From positions 124,001 to 188,000 of IMG/VR virus record IMGVR_UViG_3300014720_000001: a stretch of 64,000 nt of DNA. One strand, given 5' to 3'. Made by a program: the position numbers and the translations under genes. The notes beneath the pieces were generated by a model. It was not told the origin of the DNA, did not search any database, and saw only the letters and a program-made list of their open reading frames with translations. Below are positions 30,634 through 40,800 of the stretch, piece after piece. Position 1 is the first letter of the stretch, and each line of letters begins with the position of its first letter.

Positions 30634-31182
30634 CTACAGCTTCATCGGCGTCATTGCCGAACGAGCGACGGCTACCGGCATCACTACCGGCGGCACGCGA
30701 GAGCGACCAAGAAGCTTCAACGCCCGCATTACGTCTTGCGGCGCAGGCGCGACATCCTTCTTGGCGTCTTTGACCATCTTATCGACCAGTTCAAGAAACG
30801 TCGTGCGATCTTTCACAGACGTAAAATTGAACCTGACGGAAAACTGCGTCACGGTTTTGCCGGCGTGTTCATCAGCAACGTCGCACCGCTCCCACGCCGA
30901 CTTATCATCGCCGCGGGTGTAGACACAGGCAATCCGACCAAGAAAGTCATAGATAACAATAACCGCCGACTTCTCTACGTCCCCGAGCAACGAGAACACG
31001 TGTGGAAACTGGGTCGCCGGGATAAACGGCAACTTGGAAACCACCGTCTCGTCGAGCGCAAGGCGCTGGAGCTGAAGCGGAAACGTGCGCTGACCGCGCG
31101 TCTCGTCTTTGATGAAGAACTCAGCCTCCAGCGCGCCTACACCGGGCTCAATCACAATCGGCACATTACGTACAGAAAACAT
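30634..31182 (-). CDS. Hypothetical protein
   Basis: AGGAGG RBS, 182 aa. Confidence 0.65.
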   Translation of the reverse strand: MFSVRNVPIVIEPGVGALEAEFFIKDETRGQRTFPLQLQRLALDETVVSKLPFIPATQFPHVFSLLGDVEKSAVIVIYDFLGRIACVYTRGDDKSAWERCDVADEHAGKTVTQFSVRFNFTSVKDRTTFLELVDKMVKDAKKDVAPAPQDVMRALKLLGRSRVPPVVMPVAVARSAMTPMKL

Positions 31183-31190
31183 AAAACCTC

Positions 31191-32078
31191 CTATCGCGTC
31201 ATGTCGGAACGGCGACGCGGCGAGGCTTCCTGCTCTTCCGTATCGTCATCAATCTCTTCGCGCTTGGTCAGTTCTTCCCGAACCTTAGCACACATTGCAC
31301 GGTGATCAGCCACGAGATCAGACATTTTCTCGAAGTTCTCAAGGATCTCCGAAAAATAGCCCTGTAACGTAGCGTCAATCTTGGACGGCGGCGCATTTAC
31401 GATATCGTCGTAAATGTTGTCGCGCTTCTCGTTGAGCCACAGAGACTCAGACCGAGAAATCCACCGCCGCTGATGCTGCAGCAGATCGTGCATCTGCTGC
31501 TTGAGGCCCTTGGGCGACTGGTGCGTCCGCCCGCTGCTCTTCTGCTTCCCGCGCATCTCCTGCAGCTCAGTGGCCAGCGATCGAGCTGTGAACGCCTCTT
31601 CGGCGCACTTCTCCTCGATGGCTGCCCGCTGCTTGTCATCCGGAATCTGCGTGAGCAGCTGAACATGAGACGTCGTGAGCCGCCATCGCGGACGATCCGG
31701 GCAGCGCATACTCAGCAGGCGAATCACCTCCGCCTCGCTGGGATACTTCTCGAAGAAGTTCACAGCGCCGCGCATCTGCTCGACCGTGTAGACAGGCGCA
31801 AAAATCGACATGAGCAGTGACGCTCCGTCGATGTGCTGCGACTGCTGCTCGGCCGTCAGAAACCGCTCAGGGTCTCCCTTAACTTCACAGATCAACTTGC
31901 CGATCCGCCAGTAGGCGCGCAGACTAGCCTCCTGCGCGTCACTGAACAGCCCGTCGATCTCTGATACGACATCCTGAAGCTCAGGTGTCAGATTTTCTGC
32001 CGCTACTAAATACGGCGAATTGCGAGACTCGACCATATCAGCCTGAATCATCGCCGCCGCTTTAGACTTCCTACCCAT
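31191..32078 (-). CDS. YhcG/DUF1016 N-terminal-domain-like DNA-binding protein
   Basis: YWRIGKLI...FFEKYP...LTTSHVQLL...RAAIEEKC..EAFTARSL parallels YWxIG...FYxxYP...LSWSH...WSxRxL; no C-terminal PD-(D/E)xK nuclease seen. Confidence 0.6.
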   Translation of the reverse strand: MGRKSKAAAMIQADMVESRNSPYLVAAENLTPELQDVVSEIDGLFSDAQEASLRAYWRIGKLICEVKGDPERFLTAEQQSQHIDGASLLMSIFAPVYTVEQMRGAVNFFEKYPSEAEVIRLLSMRCPDRPRWRLTTSHVQLLTQIPDDKQRAAIEEKCAEEAFTARSLATELQEMRGKQKSSGRTHQSPKGLKQQMHDLLQHQRRWISRSESLWLNEKRDNIYDDIVNAPPSKIDATLQGYFSEILENFEKMSDLVADHRAMCAKVREELTKREEIDDDTEEQEASPRRRSDMTR

Positions 32079-32104
32079 TGAATCTCTCCTTAAAAAGGAA
32101 TCAA

Positions 32105-33259
32105 CTATTTACGCTTTCTGCTTTTCGGAGCAGGAAGCAGCAATTCAAGCGCTGTTGTTTGCAGTAAATCGCGAAGGGTATGGTAATGCCCACGCGAGCA
32201 CCGCAACATAGCACAAAATAAGTCATAGGCGTTGCGCCGCTTCAATGACTCTTTTGTGTATACGTCCATGGCGTCACGCGGCTCAAGGTCCGCGCCCACC
32301 ATGACCGTGTTTCGAATAATCTGTTTGGCGTCTTCCCGCGTAATTTTGAACTTCATCAAATACGCGGTCCACTTGTCAGTCGCGGCGTCCATCGTCGTTT
32401 TGTCTGGTGAAAACTCCATCGACAGCCGCATGAGTGCCGCCACACGCTCCGCCACGACATTCATATCAATAACGCGTTCCGCTACGGTGCCCGCCAGTAT
32501 GGCTGTCCGCCCTACTAAATCTGCGCCGGTGTGGTTTAACCGGCCGCCTTTGCCCGGCGATGACAATGCTGCGCCGAACTTTGTGTACAGGCACGTTGAG
32601 GCCCGGATCGCATTACCGGTGTCCTCGCGGTTCGAGAAATACCAGCCCGCCGCGAAAGTATGCCGCGGATCGGTATAGATATCAGTACGCCGCGATTTCG
32701 GGTCAATGAAGTACAGCCGAAGTTCCCGGCCCAGTAACTCCGCCCGAAAAAACTCGGCCTGCGGCTGCTTGTCGCGCAGCTCGTTGCTGACCGTCTCCAG
32801 AAAAACGCTGTTGTCCAGCATGCGGTGGTCGAGGCCCAAAAAGCCCTCCACAGACTGCTCGCGGTGATTCACGAGCAACGTCCGCTCCCGCAGGGCGTCA
32901 AAGCGGACTCGCAGCGTGGTGTTGTAAATACTCACCGCTGCGGCGATATCAGTAGCCCGCGTGGTGGTCCGAATCTGCCGGACGTTCTCGCCCGACAGCT
33001 CGTTAAACAACTGCGCCAGCCCGACAGACAGCGCACCAGACAGCGCGCGAAAACCGATAGCATTAAACCGGTAGCCGTTTTCAGCAATCCGCCCGTCGGG
33101 TCCCATGATTAACTGGGACTCCTCGACAAGGGGCACAGATTCAGTGCTGGTCGAGCGGGCTTCCAGAAACGCCCGGCACTCCTCTAACTGGCTGGCCGAA
33201 AACGAGAACGCCGGCACGGGCGCAAAGACACTGCGCACAGTTGTTGTTGCCGACGCCAT
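32105..33259 (-). CDS. DUF932-like protein
   Basis: FLGLDHRMLDNSVFL...AGWYFSNREDTGNAIRASTCLY...LNHTG resembles the DUF932 core. Confidence 0.5.
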   Translation of the reverse strand: MASATTTVRSVFAPVPAFSFSASQLEECRAFLEARSTSTESVPLVEESQLIMGPDGRIAENGYRFNAIGFRALSGALSVGLAQLFNELSGENVRQIRTTTRATDIAAAVSIYNTTLRVRFDALRERTLLVNHREQSVEGFLGLDHRMLDNSVFLETVSNELRDKQPQAEFFRAELLGRELRLYFIDPKSRRTDIYTDPRHTFAAGWYFSNREDTGNAIRASTCLYTKFGAALSSPGKGGRLNHTGADLVGRTAILAGTVAERVIDMNVVAERVAALMRLSMEFSPDKTTMDAATDKWTAYLMKFKITREDAKQIIRNTVMVGADLEPRDAMDVYTKESLKRRNAYDLFCAMLRCSRGHYHTLRDLLQTTALELLLPAPKSRKRK

Positions 33260-33277
33260 CCGGGCCTCCGTGCCGCA

Positions 33278-33841
33278 CTAATCGTAATACCAGTCTGCGC
33301 CGATCGCGTTAAAGAGCGTAGCGGTGTGCTCAACTGTAAACATATTCTTGACAGTTGGCGGAAAGCTGCAGATCCACTGAACACGGGGAATGCCGGTGTC
33401 GTCCGTTATGTGGTTGTGGGCGCACAGCATCGTACGAACCACAGGAAAACACATAATGAACCGGCGTTCTGTATTGATTTCCAGTCGGTGCAGGTTTTTG
33501 GCCACCGCGGCGAGTAATCTGTTTTTACCGTCTTTCGGGATTTTGAACAGATCCGCCATCGTCAATTCGTGAAGCCGGGGAATACGCCGGCCACACAGGA
33601 CTCCGGGGAAGCGGTGAAACTCGGAGTTAAACCAGCTAAAGTTCAACTTGTTATGCCCGGTCATGTCCCGGCATTCGTTCGCCATCTTACCCCAGCTGGA
33701 TATCTTAATCCCGCACTCCTTGAAGACGCGCTTGATAATGCGCTCCTCAAAAGCCAGTTGGCGCTGAAACCGGATGGCCTCAGCGCCATCACTGTCTTGA
33801 TTGAACAGTTCGTTGAAAAACTGGTCGCGTGGGTCGGCCAT
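33278..33841 (-). CDS. Hypothetical protein
   Basis: 187-aa ORF in the operon. Confidence 0.65.
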   Translation of the reverse strand: MADPRDQFFNELFNQDSDGAEAIRFQRQLAFEERIIKRVFKECGIKISSWGKMANECRDMTGHNKLNFSWFNSEFHRFPGVLCGRRIPRLHELTMADLFKIPKDGKNRLLAAVAKNLHRLEINTERRFIMCFPVVRTMLCAHNHITDDTGIPRVQWICSFPPTVKNMFTVEHTATLFNAIGADWYYD

Positions 33842-33843
33842 GA

Positions 33844-34053
33844 TCAGGGCGCCGTATTGTTATCAAAGTAACTGGCGATAGACTCGCGCGGCGGGAGCGG
33901 CATCCACAGAAGCAACTCTGTCCGCGTTGCCAATTCGCCGCCGGTCACCATGAACTGGTCGTGCGTAATAGGATCAGCGGCGAGTACCTTTTCGTCGCGC
34001 CCCGGAAGCCTGTCGTTTACGTGCGTCCACCTTCCGAACTTTGGTTCTTTCAT
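33844..34053 (-). CDS. DUF551-like small phage protein
   Basis: WTHVNDRLP...VLA...WMPLPP. Confidence 0.7.
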   Translation of the reverse strand: MKEPKFGRWTHVNDRLPGRDEKVLAADPITHDQFMVTGGELATRTELLLWMPLPPRESIASYFDNNTAP

Positions 34054-34312
34054 GAATCACCTTGTCTACGTTTTGTAGTAACTCTTCAGCGTCGATAATT
34101 TTTTCGCACGCCGACTGAAACACCGGATGAATAAACTCTTTCAACGCACGCCGCGTCGCTGCCGTGCCAACACATCCGTCATCCGAAGCGTCGTTTACAA
34201 CGACATCCAATGCGTCGTTTACAACGTCAGCCAACCAGCGCACTTCCTCTCGCGTAAACGAGATCGTGATGCTGGCTGGCTTGAGCATTTCTTTAATTGT
34301 TTTCTTGGCCAT
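33974..34312 (-). CDS. Hypothetical protein
   Basis: Start reset to MAKKTIKE at 34312. Confidence 0.55.
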   Translation of the reverse strand: MAKKTIKEMLKPASITISFTREEVRWLADVVNDALDVVVNDASDDGCVGTAATRRALKEFIHPVFQSACEKIIDAEELLQNVDKVIHERTKVRKVDARKRQASGARRKGTRR

Positions 34313-34544
34313 CTGCTTCTTTCTTGTAAGCGCGCGGCGACACATGAAATTCGCCACACCATTCGCCTTGTGTCACGATCGGCCACCACGCCTCTTGCTG
34401 GCGTTCGTTCGCGATCTCGGCGACACGCGGACGCGGCGCGTAACGCCGGCACTCCCCCACCGTATCCAGTTCGGCCGAGGCAACAAAGTATATGCAATTT
34501 ATGCAGTCTCGGCGTGGCGGCGTATGTTCAACTTTCAGAGTCAT
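34293..34544 (-). CDS. Small Cys-rich metal-binding phage protein
   Basis: CINCIYF...GECRRYAP...WPIVTQGEWCGEF; start MTLKVE. Confidence 0.7.
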   Translation of the reverse strand: MTLKVEHTPPRRDCINCIYFVASAELDTVGECRRYAPRPRVAEIANERQQEAWWPIVTQGEWCGEFHVSPRAYKKEADGQENN

Positions 34545-34896
34545 CGTCTTCCTCGTCGTACTTGTCGGCGTTGTGCTGCTCGTCGTACTCGTCGACGGCT
34601 TCCATGAATTCATCAAACGTCAAATCTGGAGCGTTTTGACACTCCAAAAACTGATAGATGAATTTACTTTCGCCGGTCTCTTTGTCGACGCGTTCCATCA
34701 ACCGGTAGTGCATCATGTCGCCGGTTTCGTGGTTGTACCCGCTGATAATCGTGTCAGCTTCGGGCAGCGGGACCGGCAACTTTGAACCGTCTACAGGGCC
34801 GCCAAAACATTCGGCGAGCGGGAACAAGCCTTTTTGCATGCCCATAAATTCATGTTCGATAACCCCGTCGTCTTCGTCTTCTTCTGCCTCGTCCAT
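34528..34896 (-). CDS. Acidic hypothetical protein
   Basis: GGPVDG motif; TAATG-coupled to recA. Confidence 0.6.
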   Translation of the reverse strand: MDEAEEDEDDGVIEHEFMGMQKGLFPLAECFGGPVDGSKLPVPLPEADTIISGYNHETGDMMHYRLMERVDKETGESKFIYQFLECQNAPDLTFDEFMEAVDEYDEQHNADKYDEEDDDSES

Positions 34897-36266
34897 TAGT
34901 CCACCTGTCCAAGAGGATCGAAATCCGCTCCAACAACTTCGCCAACTGTGCTAGACGCAGCCATTAGCTCGGGTACGTCGGTCATCTGGTTTTTCTTCAA
35001 CTCTTCCATCACCTGCTCGCGGTACTTGCGCGCCGGATCGCAGACGGTGTAGTCGTTAACACCGAGTAAGCCGTGCAGCATGCCGAGGACCTTTGGGTTG
35101 TCTTCGAGCATGATGGACGCCTCGACTTCCGACACGGCTTCCTGCTTGGAAATACCGAGCGCCTTGGAGAAGACGAGCGGTGTTTCGGCGTTCTTGGTGC
35201 CGTGCTTGTACTCCAGATCGCAGACCTGCTTGAGCAAGCCCGGCAGCTTGGGGTCCATGCCCGGAACCGGCTTACCGTCGCCCGCCTGTAGCTCCATAAG
35301 GAGCCGGATGGACGCAGTGTGCCAGTCCCAGAAATGGAACTGCTGGTTCTTGTAGGTCTCGTTGCCGTTCTTATCGACGGCCGGTACGATCTCGTTGTAC
35401 CAGAGCAGATTAACAACGATCTTGCGCCCGGGAGCGCCGAGATTGTTCTTAGTCGCTGCTATACGAATCGACGCACCCTCATAACGCGGCGGGATGTTCT
35501 TCTGCGACGCCTTCGACATGTCGAGGATCAACGTCGGATAGTAATCCAGACTGGCGCCGCCGGGAGCGTACTTCTTGGGCGGACCAAATCCCATGGAGTT
35601 AATTTCCTCCTTGAGATGGTTCGTCGCAACAAGCGCAATCGGGTAATGCCGCAGCGTAGGCACCAGCGCCGTCCGCATGAAGTCCGACAGATTGCGGGCG
35701 AGATACGGGTGACCGGCCGCGGCGTGACCCTCGTCGGCTACCTTCTCGACGCGCCTATCAACCTCGACAGCCGAGATAGAGTCGATGCCGATACAGATAG
35801 GAATAACCCTGTCCGGGGCGTTAGCGGCGTCAACTTGCTTGTGAATAGCCTGACAGAATTCCATGTAGTGCTTTTGCCATTCTTCCACGCTCGCTGCCGT
35901 CTTGATCCGGGTGCGCGAGATGTACTGCTGGTTGTGACTGAACAAGCCCGACATCATCGTCGGCGAGCCCTTGTTTTCCGTGTCGATCATGATGGCGCCG
36001 CCGCCATACATGTGAAACCAGCGCATGATCTCGATGAGCAACGCGGACTTACCGGCGCTGAACTCGCCGCGAAGCTGCGTGAAGCGCGACAGCGGGAAAA
36101 TGTTAGCCTGCAGCAGATAGCGGGCTGCAAGCGTGGGAAGCGGCAAGCCGATCAGCGGGTCTTGATCTTCCGCCGTCGCCTTGAGCACTTCCGTGATAAC
36201 CGGATGCTCGCCGTTGCGGGCGAACACATCAACTTCGTCGTGATCTTCTTTGCGTTTCCTGCCCAT
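34896..36266 (-). CDS. recA: RecA/UvsX-like recombinase
   Basis: Walker A GEFSAGKS, IDTE, Walker B IGIDSISA, ATNHL, PGGASLDYY, ATKN. Confidence 0.88.
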   Translation of the reverse strand: MGRKRKEDHDEVDVFARNGEHPVITEVLKATAEDQDPLIGLPLPTLAARYLLQANIFPLSRFTQLRGEFSAGKSALLIEIMRWFHMYGGGAIMIDTENKGSPTMMSGLFSHNQQYISRTRIKTAASVEEWQKHYMEFCQAIHKQVDAANAPDRVIPICIGIDSISAVEVDRRVEKVADEGHAAAGHPYLARNLSDFMRTALVPTLRHYPIALVATNHLKEEINSMGFGPPKKYAPGGASLDYYPTLILDMSKASQKNIPPRYEGASIRIAATKNNLGAPGRKIVVNLLWYNEIVPAVDKNGNETYKNQQFHFWDWHTASIRLLMELQAGDGKPVPGMDPKLPGLLKQVCDLEYKHGTKNAETPLVFSKALGISKQEAVSEVEASIMLEDNPKVLGMLHGLLGVNDYTVCDPARKYREQVMEELKKNQMTDVPELMAASSTVGEVVGADFDPLGQVD

Positions 36267-36291
36267 AAATTCCCTTCTGATATGAAAGCCC

Positions 36292-36338
36292 CAGCTCCGG
36301 CGCACACGCACCCAGAGAACAACGTGGCGCCGGAGCTG
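36292..36338 (-). promoter_or_regulatory. Intergenic stem-loop between the putative SSB gene and recA
   Basis: 12-bp perfect stem CAGCTCCGGCGC/GCGCCGGAGCTG plus inner CACG/CGTG; only a weak U-tract. Confidence 0.5.
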
Positions 36339-36349
36339 AAGCGAAAAGA

Positions 36350-37729
36350 TTACTTCTGCGCTGCGCGAGCACGAGCCCGCGCCAGAATATCAGCAGAGTC
36401 GCGCTTTGCGGGCCCAGCCTGCGCCATTGACGGCGGAGCGGGCGGCGCTGGCGGAGCCGAAGCAAAGATATCAGCAACGCTGGCATCTACCTCCGGCGAA
36501 ACTTCAGCCTCCGGCTGCGGGTCCCACGGAGCCGGCGGATCAGCCTTTGGCGCCGATCGCTGCCCGTTCGTCGTCAGCGGGCGCTGACGCGGCGCGGGAG
36601 GAGGAGGAGTCTCCAGATCCTCTACCGGCGTCTCTACGCCCTGAAACGTCGACGTGCCCTTCGGCAGTGCCCGGAGGTACTGCGGGAAGTCACGCCACGC
36701 GTAATCCAGCGCTTCACGCGGAAACACGGGAGCCAGCATCTCAGCCTGCTCCTCGTAGGTCGGCAGCCGCAGGTAATCTTCCCACGTGCCGGCCTCCGAC
36801 ACAATCCGATCCGCGTACGGCTCCAGCGAAAGCTCCTGACCGTTAAACGTGTCATGGAGAATACCAAAGTGTGTGTACTCGCTGCGCGAGTGCGGATACC
36901 CAACGATGTACTGCGTGCCCTGCGGTCCGCGAGCAAACTTCGGGCACTGGAACGTCGTCGGACCTTCCAGACCTGTCGCGATCAAGTTAGCGCTGCCGCT
37001 CTTGAACGCTTCGGGCAGAATCGTAAACAGCTTCGCCGGCCCAAGGGACAGCATATCGCCGCTCAGGTACTCACCGGTGCTTTCGTCGCGGACATTCAAC
37101 GCCGCGTGCAGCGCCTCTGCCGCGCTGGTCTTCAGCCCGATGATCCGCGCGTTACGCTTGGAATCGTCGGAGAAAGCGCCCAGCACGATCTTTCCGTGCT
37201 CGTCAACATAGACCGCTGTGGCTGAAATAAACAGCGTCTTTTCCGGCTTCTTAAGCGAGCCGACGTGAGAGCTGCGGACAAACTCCTTCGACAGCAGGTC
37301 CGAAAACAGTCGCCCCAGTGTCGGGTGCGGGTTGTCCTTAGAGCTGTCATAGGCAACCTTGCGCAGAACGTGCAGCGGGCTCTCGTACAGATTCACGTCG
37401 GGGTTACCGTCGTGAATGATGTAGCAGATGCCCGGATTGCCGACCCAGTGCGCGCACGTCAGCAAACGACTCCAGTCGCCCATGGCAACGTTGTCGTGCC
37501 CTTCGCGGAAGCTGGCAAACGTTTCACCGTTTTTGCCCTCCTCGTAGATGGGAAGCAGCCGAAGGCAAAGGCCGTTTCCGAGGAGTTCACCGCCTGCCGC
37601 AATCAGAACGTTATTCTGCTTGCCGTAGGCGTATCGGCTCTTGTTATTCGAGCCGCCGGTACCGATGTTGTTAGCTTTACGGTACTCAGGATCAATCGCC
37701 GCAAAATTAGCCGCGTTATAGCGTGGCAT
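36350..37729 (-). CDS. Probable ssDNA-binding protein (gp32-like)
   Basis: LRLLP motif, position between polA and recA, long Pro/acidic disordered C-terminus. Confidence 0.45.
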   Translation of the reverse strand: MPRYNAANFAAIDPEYRKANNIGTGGSNNKSRYAYGKQNNVLIAAGGELLGNGLCLRLLPIYEEGKNGETFASFREGHDNVAMGDWSRLLTCAHWVGNPGICYIIHDGNPDVNLYESPLHVLRKVAYDSSKDNPHPTLGRLFSDLLSKEFVRSSHVGSLKKPEKTLFISATAVYVDEHGKIVLGAFSDDSKRNARIIGLKTSAAEALHAALNVRDESTGEYLSGDMLSLGPAKLFTILPEAFKSGSANLIATGLEGPTTFQCPKFARGPQGTQYIVGYPHSRSEYTHFGILHDTFNGQELSLEPYADRIVSEAGTWEDYLRLPTYEEQAEMLAPVFPREALDYAWRDFPQYLRALPKGTSTFQGVETPVEDLETPPPPAPRQRPLTTNGQRSAPKADPPAPWDPQPEAEVSPEVDASVADIFASAPPAPPAPPSMAQAGPAKRDSADILARARARAAQK

Positions 37730-37773
37730 ACAAACCTTTCTATGTAATTGAGGGCCCTATTGCCCTTTGTGGA

Positions 37774-37809
37774 TGTCTGCAACTATAGCAGACAAAACCA
37801 GTCTGTCTA
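37774..37809 (-). promoter_or_regulatory. Sigma70-like promoter with the -10 element inside an inverted repeat
   Basis: TAGACA-N16-TATAGT with extended TG; TGTCTGC/GCAGACA arms flank the -10. Confidence 0.5.
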
Positions 37810-40800
37810 GCCCTTCTCATCGCAAAACCAATCGATCCCCAAACCCCTAGATTTCGCGGGTTTTAGGTTCTCTCCCCAGTGGAAAAACACGTCGCGACTC
37901 ATGCCGAAATGGTATGGCCCGGCGTTCTCAATCTTGGTGCCGTCCAACCTATGCGGCCAGAACGGTACCCCAGTTACCATGCACTCTGGAATAACTTCTT
38001 TGTAAACGCGCTCGGCGTGCTCTAGCGGCACAATTAACACAATCGCGTCATGGATCTGCAGCGCGATTTTGTAATCAATATCCGAGTGCTCTTCGCGATA
38101 CTTGTAGAAGTTGTAAAGCGCAATCGACACGGCGTCAGCTACTCCGCCTTGAATTGGGAAGTTCTGCGCCTGTCGCTCCTGCTCGCCACGTACAGCGCGG
38201 TCCTTGGTGGGCATGAACCGGCGGAAGCGGCCGTACGGACCAACTAACCAGCCCGGGTCTTGAGACCGCATACGGCACTCTGCCAGAAATGACTTCGTGC
38301 CGGGATAAGACTGAAAGTAGGCGTCAATCATCGCTTGGCACTGATCGGCCGTGACGTCGTGACCTTCCTCTTTGCACTGGCGCGCAAGAGCTTCTGAGCC
38401 GCGGCCGTACGGAATGCCGAAGTTCACGTTTTTGGCTGCAACCCGAAGACCCTTTACACCAGCGTCGGCCATACCCTGTTTTGTGGGCGTGACGCCGCTG
38501 AGCCGGAAGGTCTTAACCGCCTGCTGACTGTGGATGTCGTAGTGATCCGGGTGATCCTCTGGCAGAAGATTACGCCGGACGTGCTCGATCATATTTTTAT
38601 CTTGGCTCAACCACGCGAGGACCGCCAGTTCCGCACCAGTGAGGTCGGTTTCGATACCAACGCAGCCCTTGGGTACACGAAGGATCGAGCGCACGGGATG
38701 CTGGTATCGGTCCTTTCCGAGAATGCGCTTGTAGTCGTCTTCTCGGCGGGAACTGAGGTTCTGCAAAGGAGGTCGGCTGCTGCTGGCTCGGCCTGTTTCC
38801 TTCGTCTGAAACATGTGAGTACGGACCTTACCGTCGGTGTGGACACAGCCGACAAGACCTTTCTCATACGTGTAATTACCGTTCTCATCGAGTTCGTATT
38901 CTCCGTCGTCTGTTTCAGAAGGTTTACGCAACACGGACTGCAGCACCTGACTGATAAATTTGTAGTCACGGATTTTCGCTGCGGTCGAGTTAATGTGGCC
39001 AAGGATGCCCAGACTTTCTTTGTCCGTGCTGGGTGTCACGGTGTCAGCGTTCAGCCCGCGGTACGTCAACTCGTTCCACAGCACGGGGCGCTTGCCGGTT
39101 GTTTTAACCGGCCGCAGATCAAGCGTCTGCGCCGCCTCTGGGATCGTCGGCGAGTTTGTATACCGGTCAGCGAAATCCCGGCCAAACAGCGCAATGGCGA
39201 GCTGCGGCTGCGACTTGGGATTAAACTCTGGCCACTGCAGTTCTTCGCGAATCTCGGCCAGTAGTTGCTCCTGCGTGTTCATAAACAGCGTGGTCAACTC
39301 GTCCGCGCGATTGCGGTCGATTTCAAGGCCAGTCATTTCCATCTCTAGAAACGCCAGCGACGCGTTATGGGCGGTCCAGTACGGCAGCCAGCAGTCGTGG
39401 CCTGTGCCGGACCGCGCGATAATTCCGTCTTTGCCGTTGGTGCCGTAAAAACGCATCATGATGCGGCGCGTAACGTCGACGTCATACGAGGCGTACGGAT
39501 GGAGCACGTGCGCCGGACACTCGCCGTACCCGCCGACTTCACTGGCTTTCAATTTGTTATCAGTACGATACTTTTTCTTCCAGTGGTCGAGCGGTTCCCA
39601 ATAGGTCGGCGCCGCCGTAAACCGCATAGAGCATTCGTCGAGCCCGTAGCGCGCGCACTCGTTCACGGCGTGATACATCAGGCTCGTGTCCCAGCCGCCG
39701 TGCGTGCGGTCGTCCGGGTCTTCGGCGGGCGCATACTCCGGCCGAACGTCCACACCGAAATCAACGAGCCACGGCAAGTCAGCGCGGAAGAAGTGCCCGC
39801 CAACGCGGACATGACGATCAGGCGTGCTTTTCAGCAGACGAATCATTTGCTGGCGAGCCGCGTTCAGATTTGGCTGGAACGCTTCCGCGCCGCCTTGGTG
39901 CCGCAGAACTATTGTTCGGGCCCACTTGTCTTTATTTGATATCTGAACCGTCCGCAGATACGCGCCGTCTTCCGTCGGATAGTCGCCGTGCCACTCACAA
40001 TCGATGGCGATGATATTGGCGTTCGGGTCCGGGTCGGCGAGCATGGCGTCCACGACTTCCGCTAGCGCCTCTTCGGTATAGATATCAGCGTGGTCAACCG
40101 CTTCTTCGTCCAGCAGTTCGTCGTGAATAAGCGCTTTGAACCGCCGGATCTGCCCGACAAAATCTTCTGTTGCTTCAGGCTTGCGCACGACAAATGCCGG
40201 GTGCATCACCGACATGGCTTTCATAGTGCGAGTGTTGCCGTCCGCGTCGGGCGCTGAGATATCTAAAATCCGCCCGGCTAATCCCGTCACCGCGGCGTTG
40301 GTACGCATCACCGCTTTTATGGCCTCGTTGCCGAGACACAAAATAAACTCGGGCTGGACGATGCGGATTTCCTGCTCCAGCAAAATCGCGCAGTTCTTGA
40401 TCCACGCGGCCGGTACAGCCGTGATTTCAAACGGCGCGGCAAACTTACACGCAAACGTGACGTACCAGCTTTCGTACATCTCGGGCGGAATACCGCACTC
40501 TTCGAAGATCTCGGCCAGCGCGGTCATGGCTGGACCGGCCGTGGCGTTCAAGCTTTCCATCTCGTAGTAGCCGGGCAGTTTGCCGACGACCATCACCCGC
40601 GCTTTGTGCCACGGGCCGTATGTCTCGACGGCGGCTGATTTTTTGCCCCAGATATGGCCGGGCAAAAACGAAACCGGAATCAGCTCTTTTGACGACTTGT
40701 GCGAGATTGGCAGGTGAAAGTCCGGCCGGTAAAGCGCATTGCGATACAAGTTCGTCAAGTGCGTCCCAACCGGCACGCTCTTCTTTTTCTTCGCGCTCGC

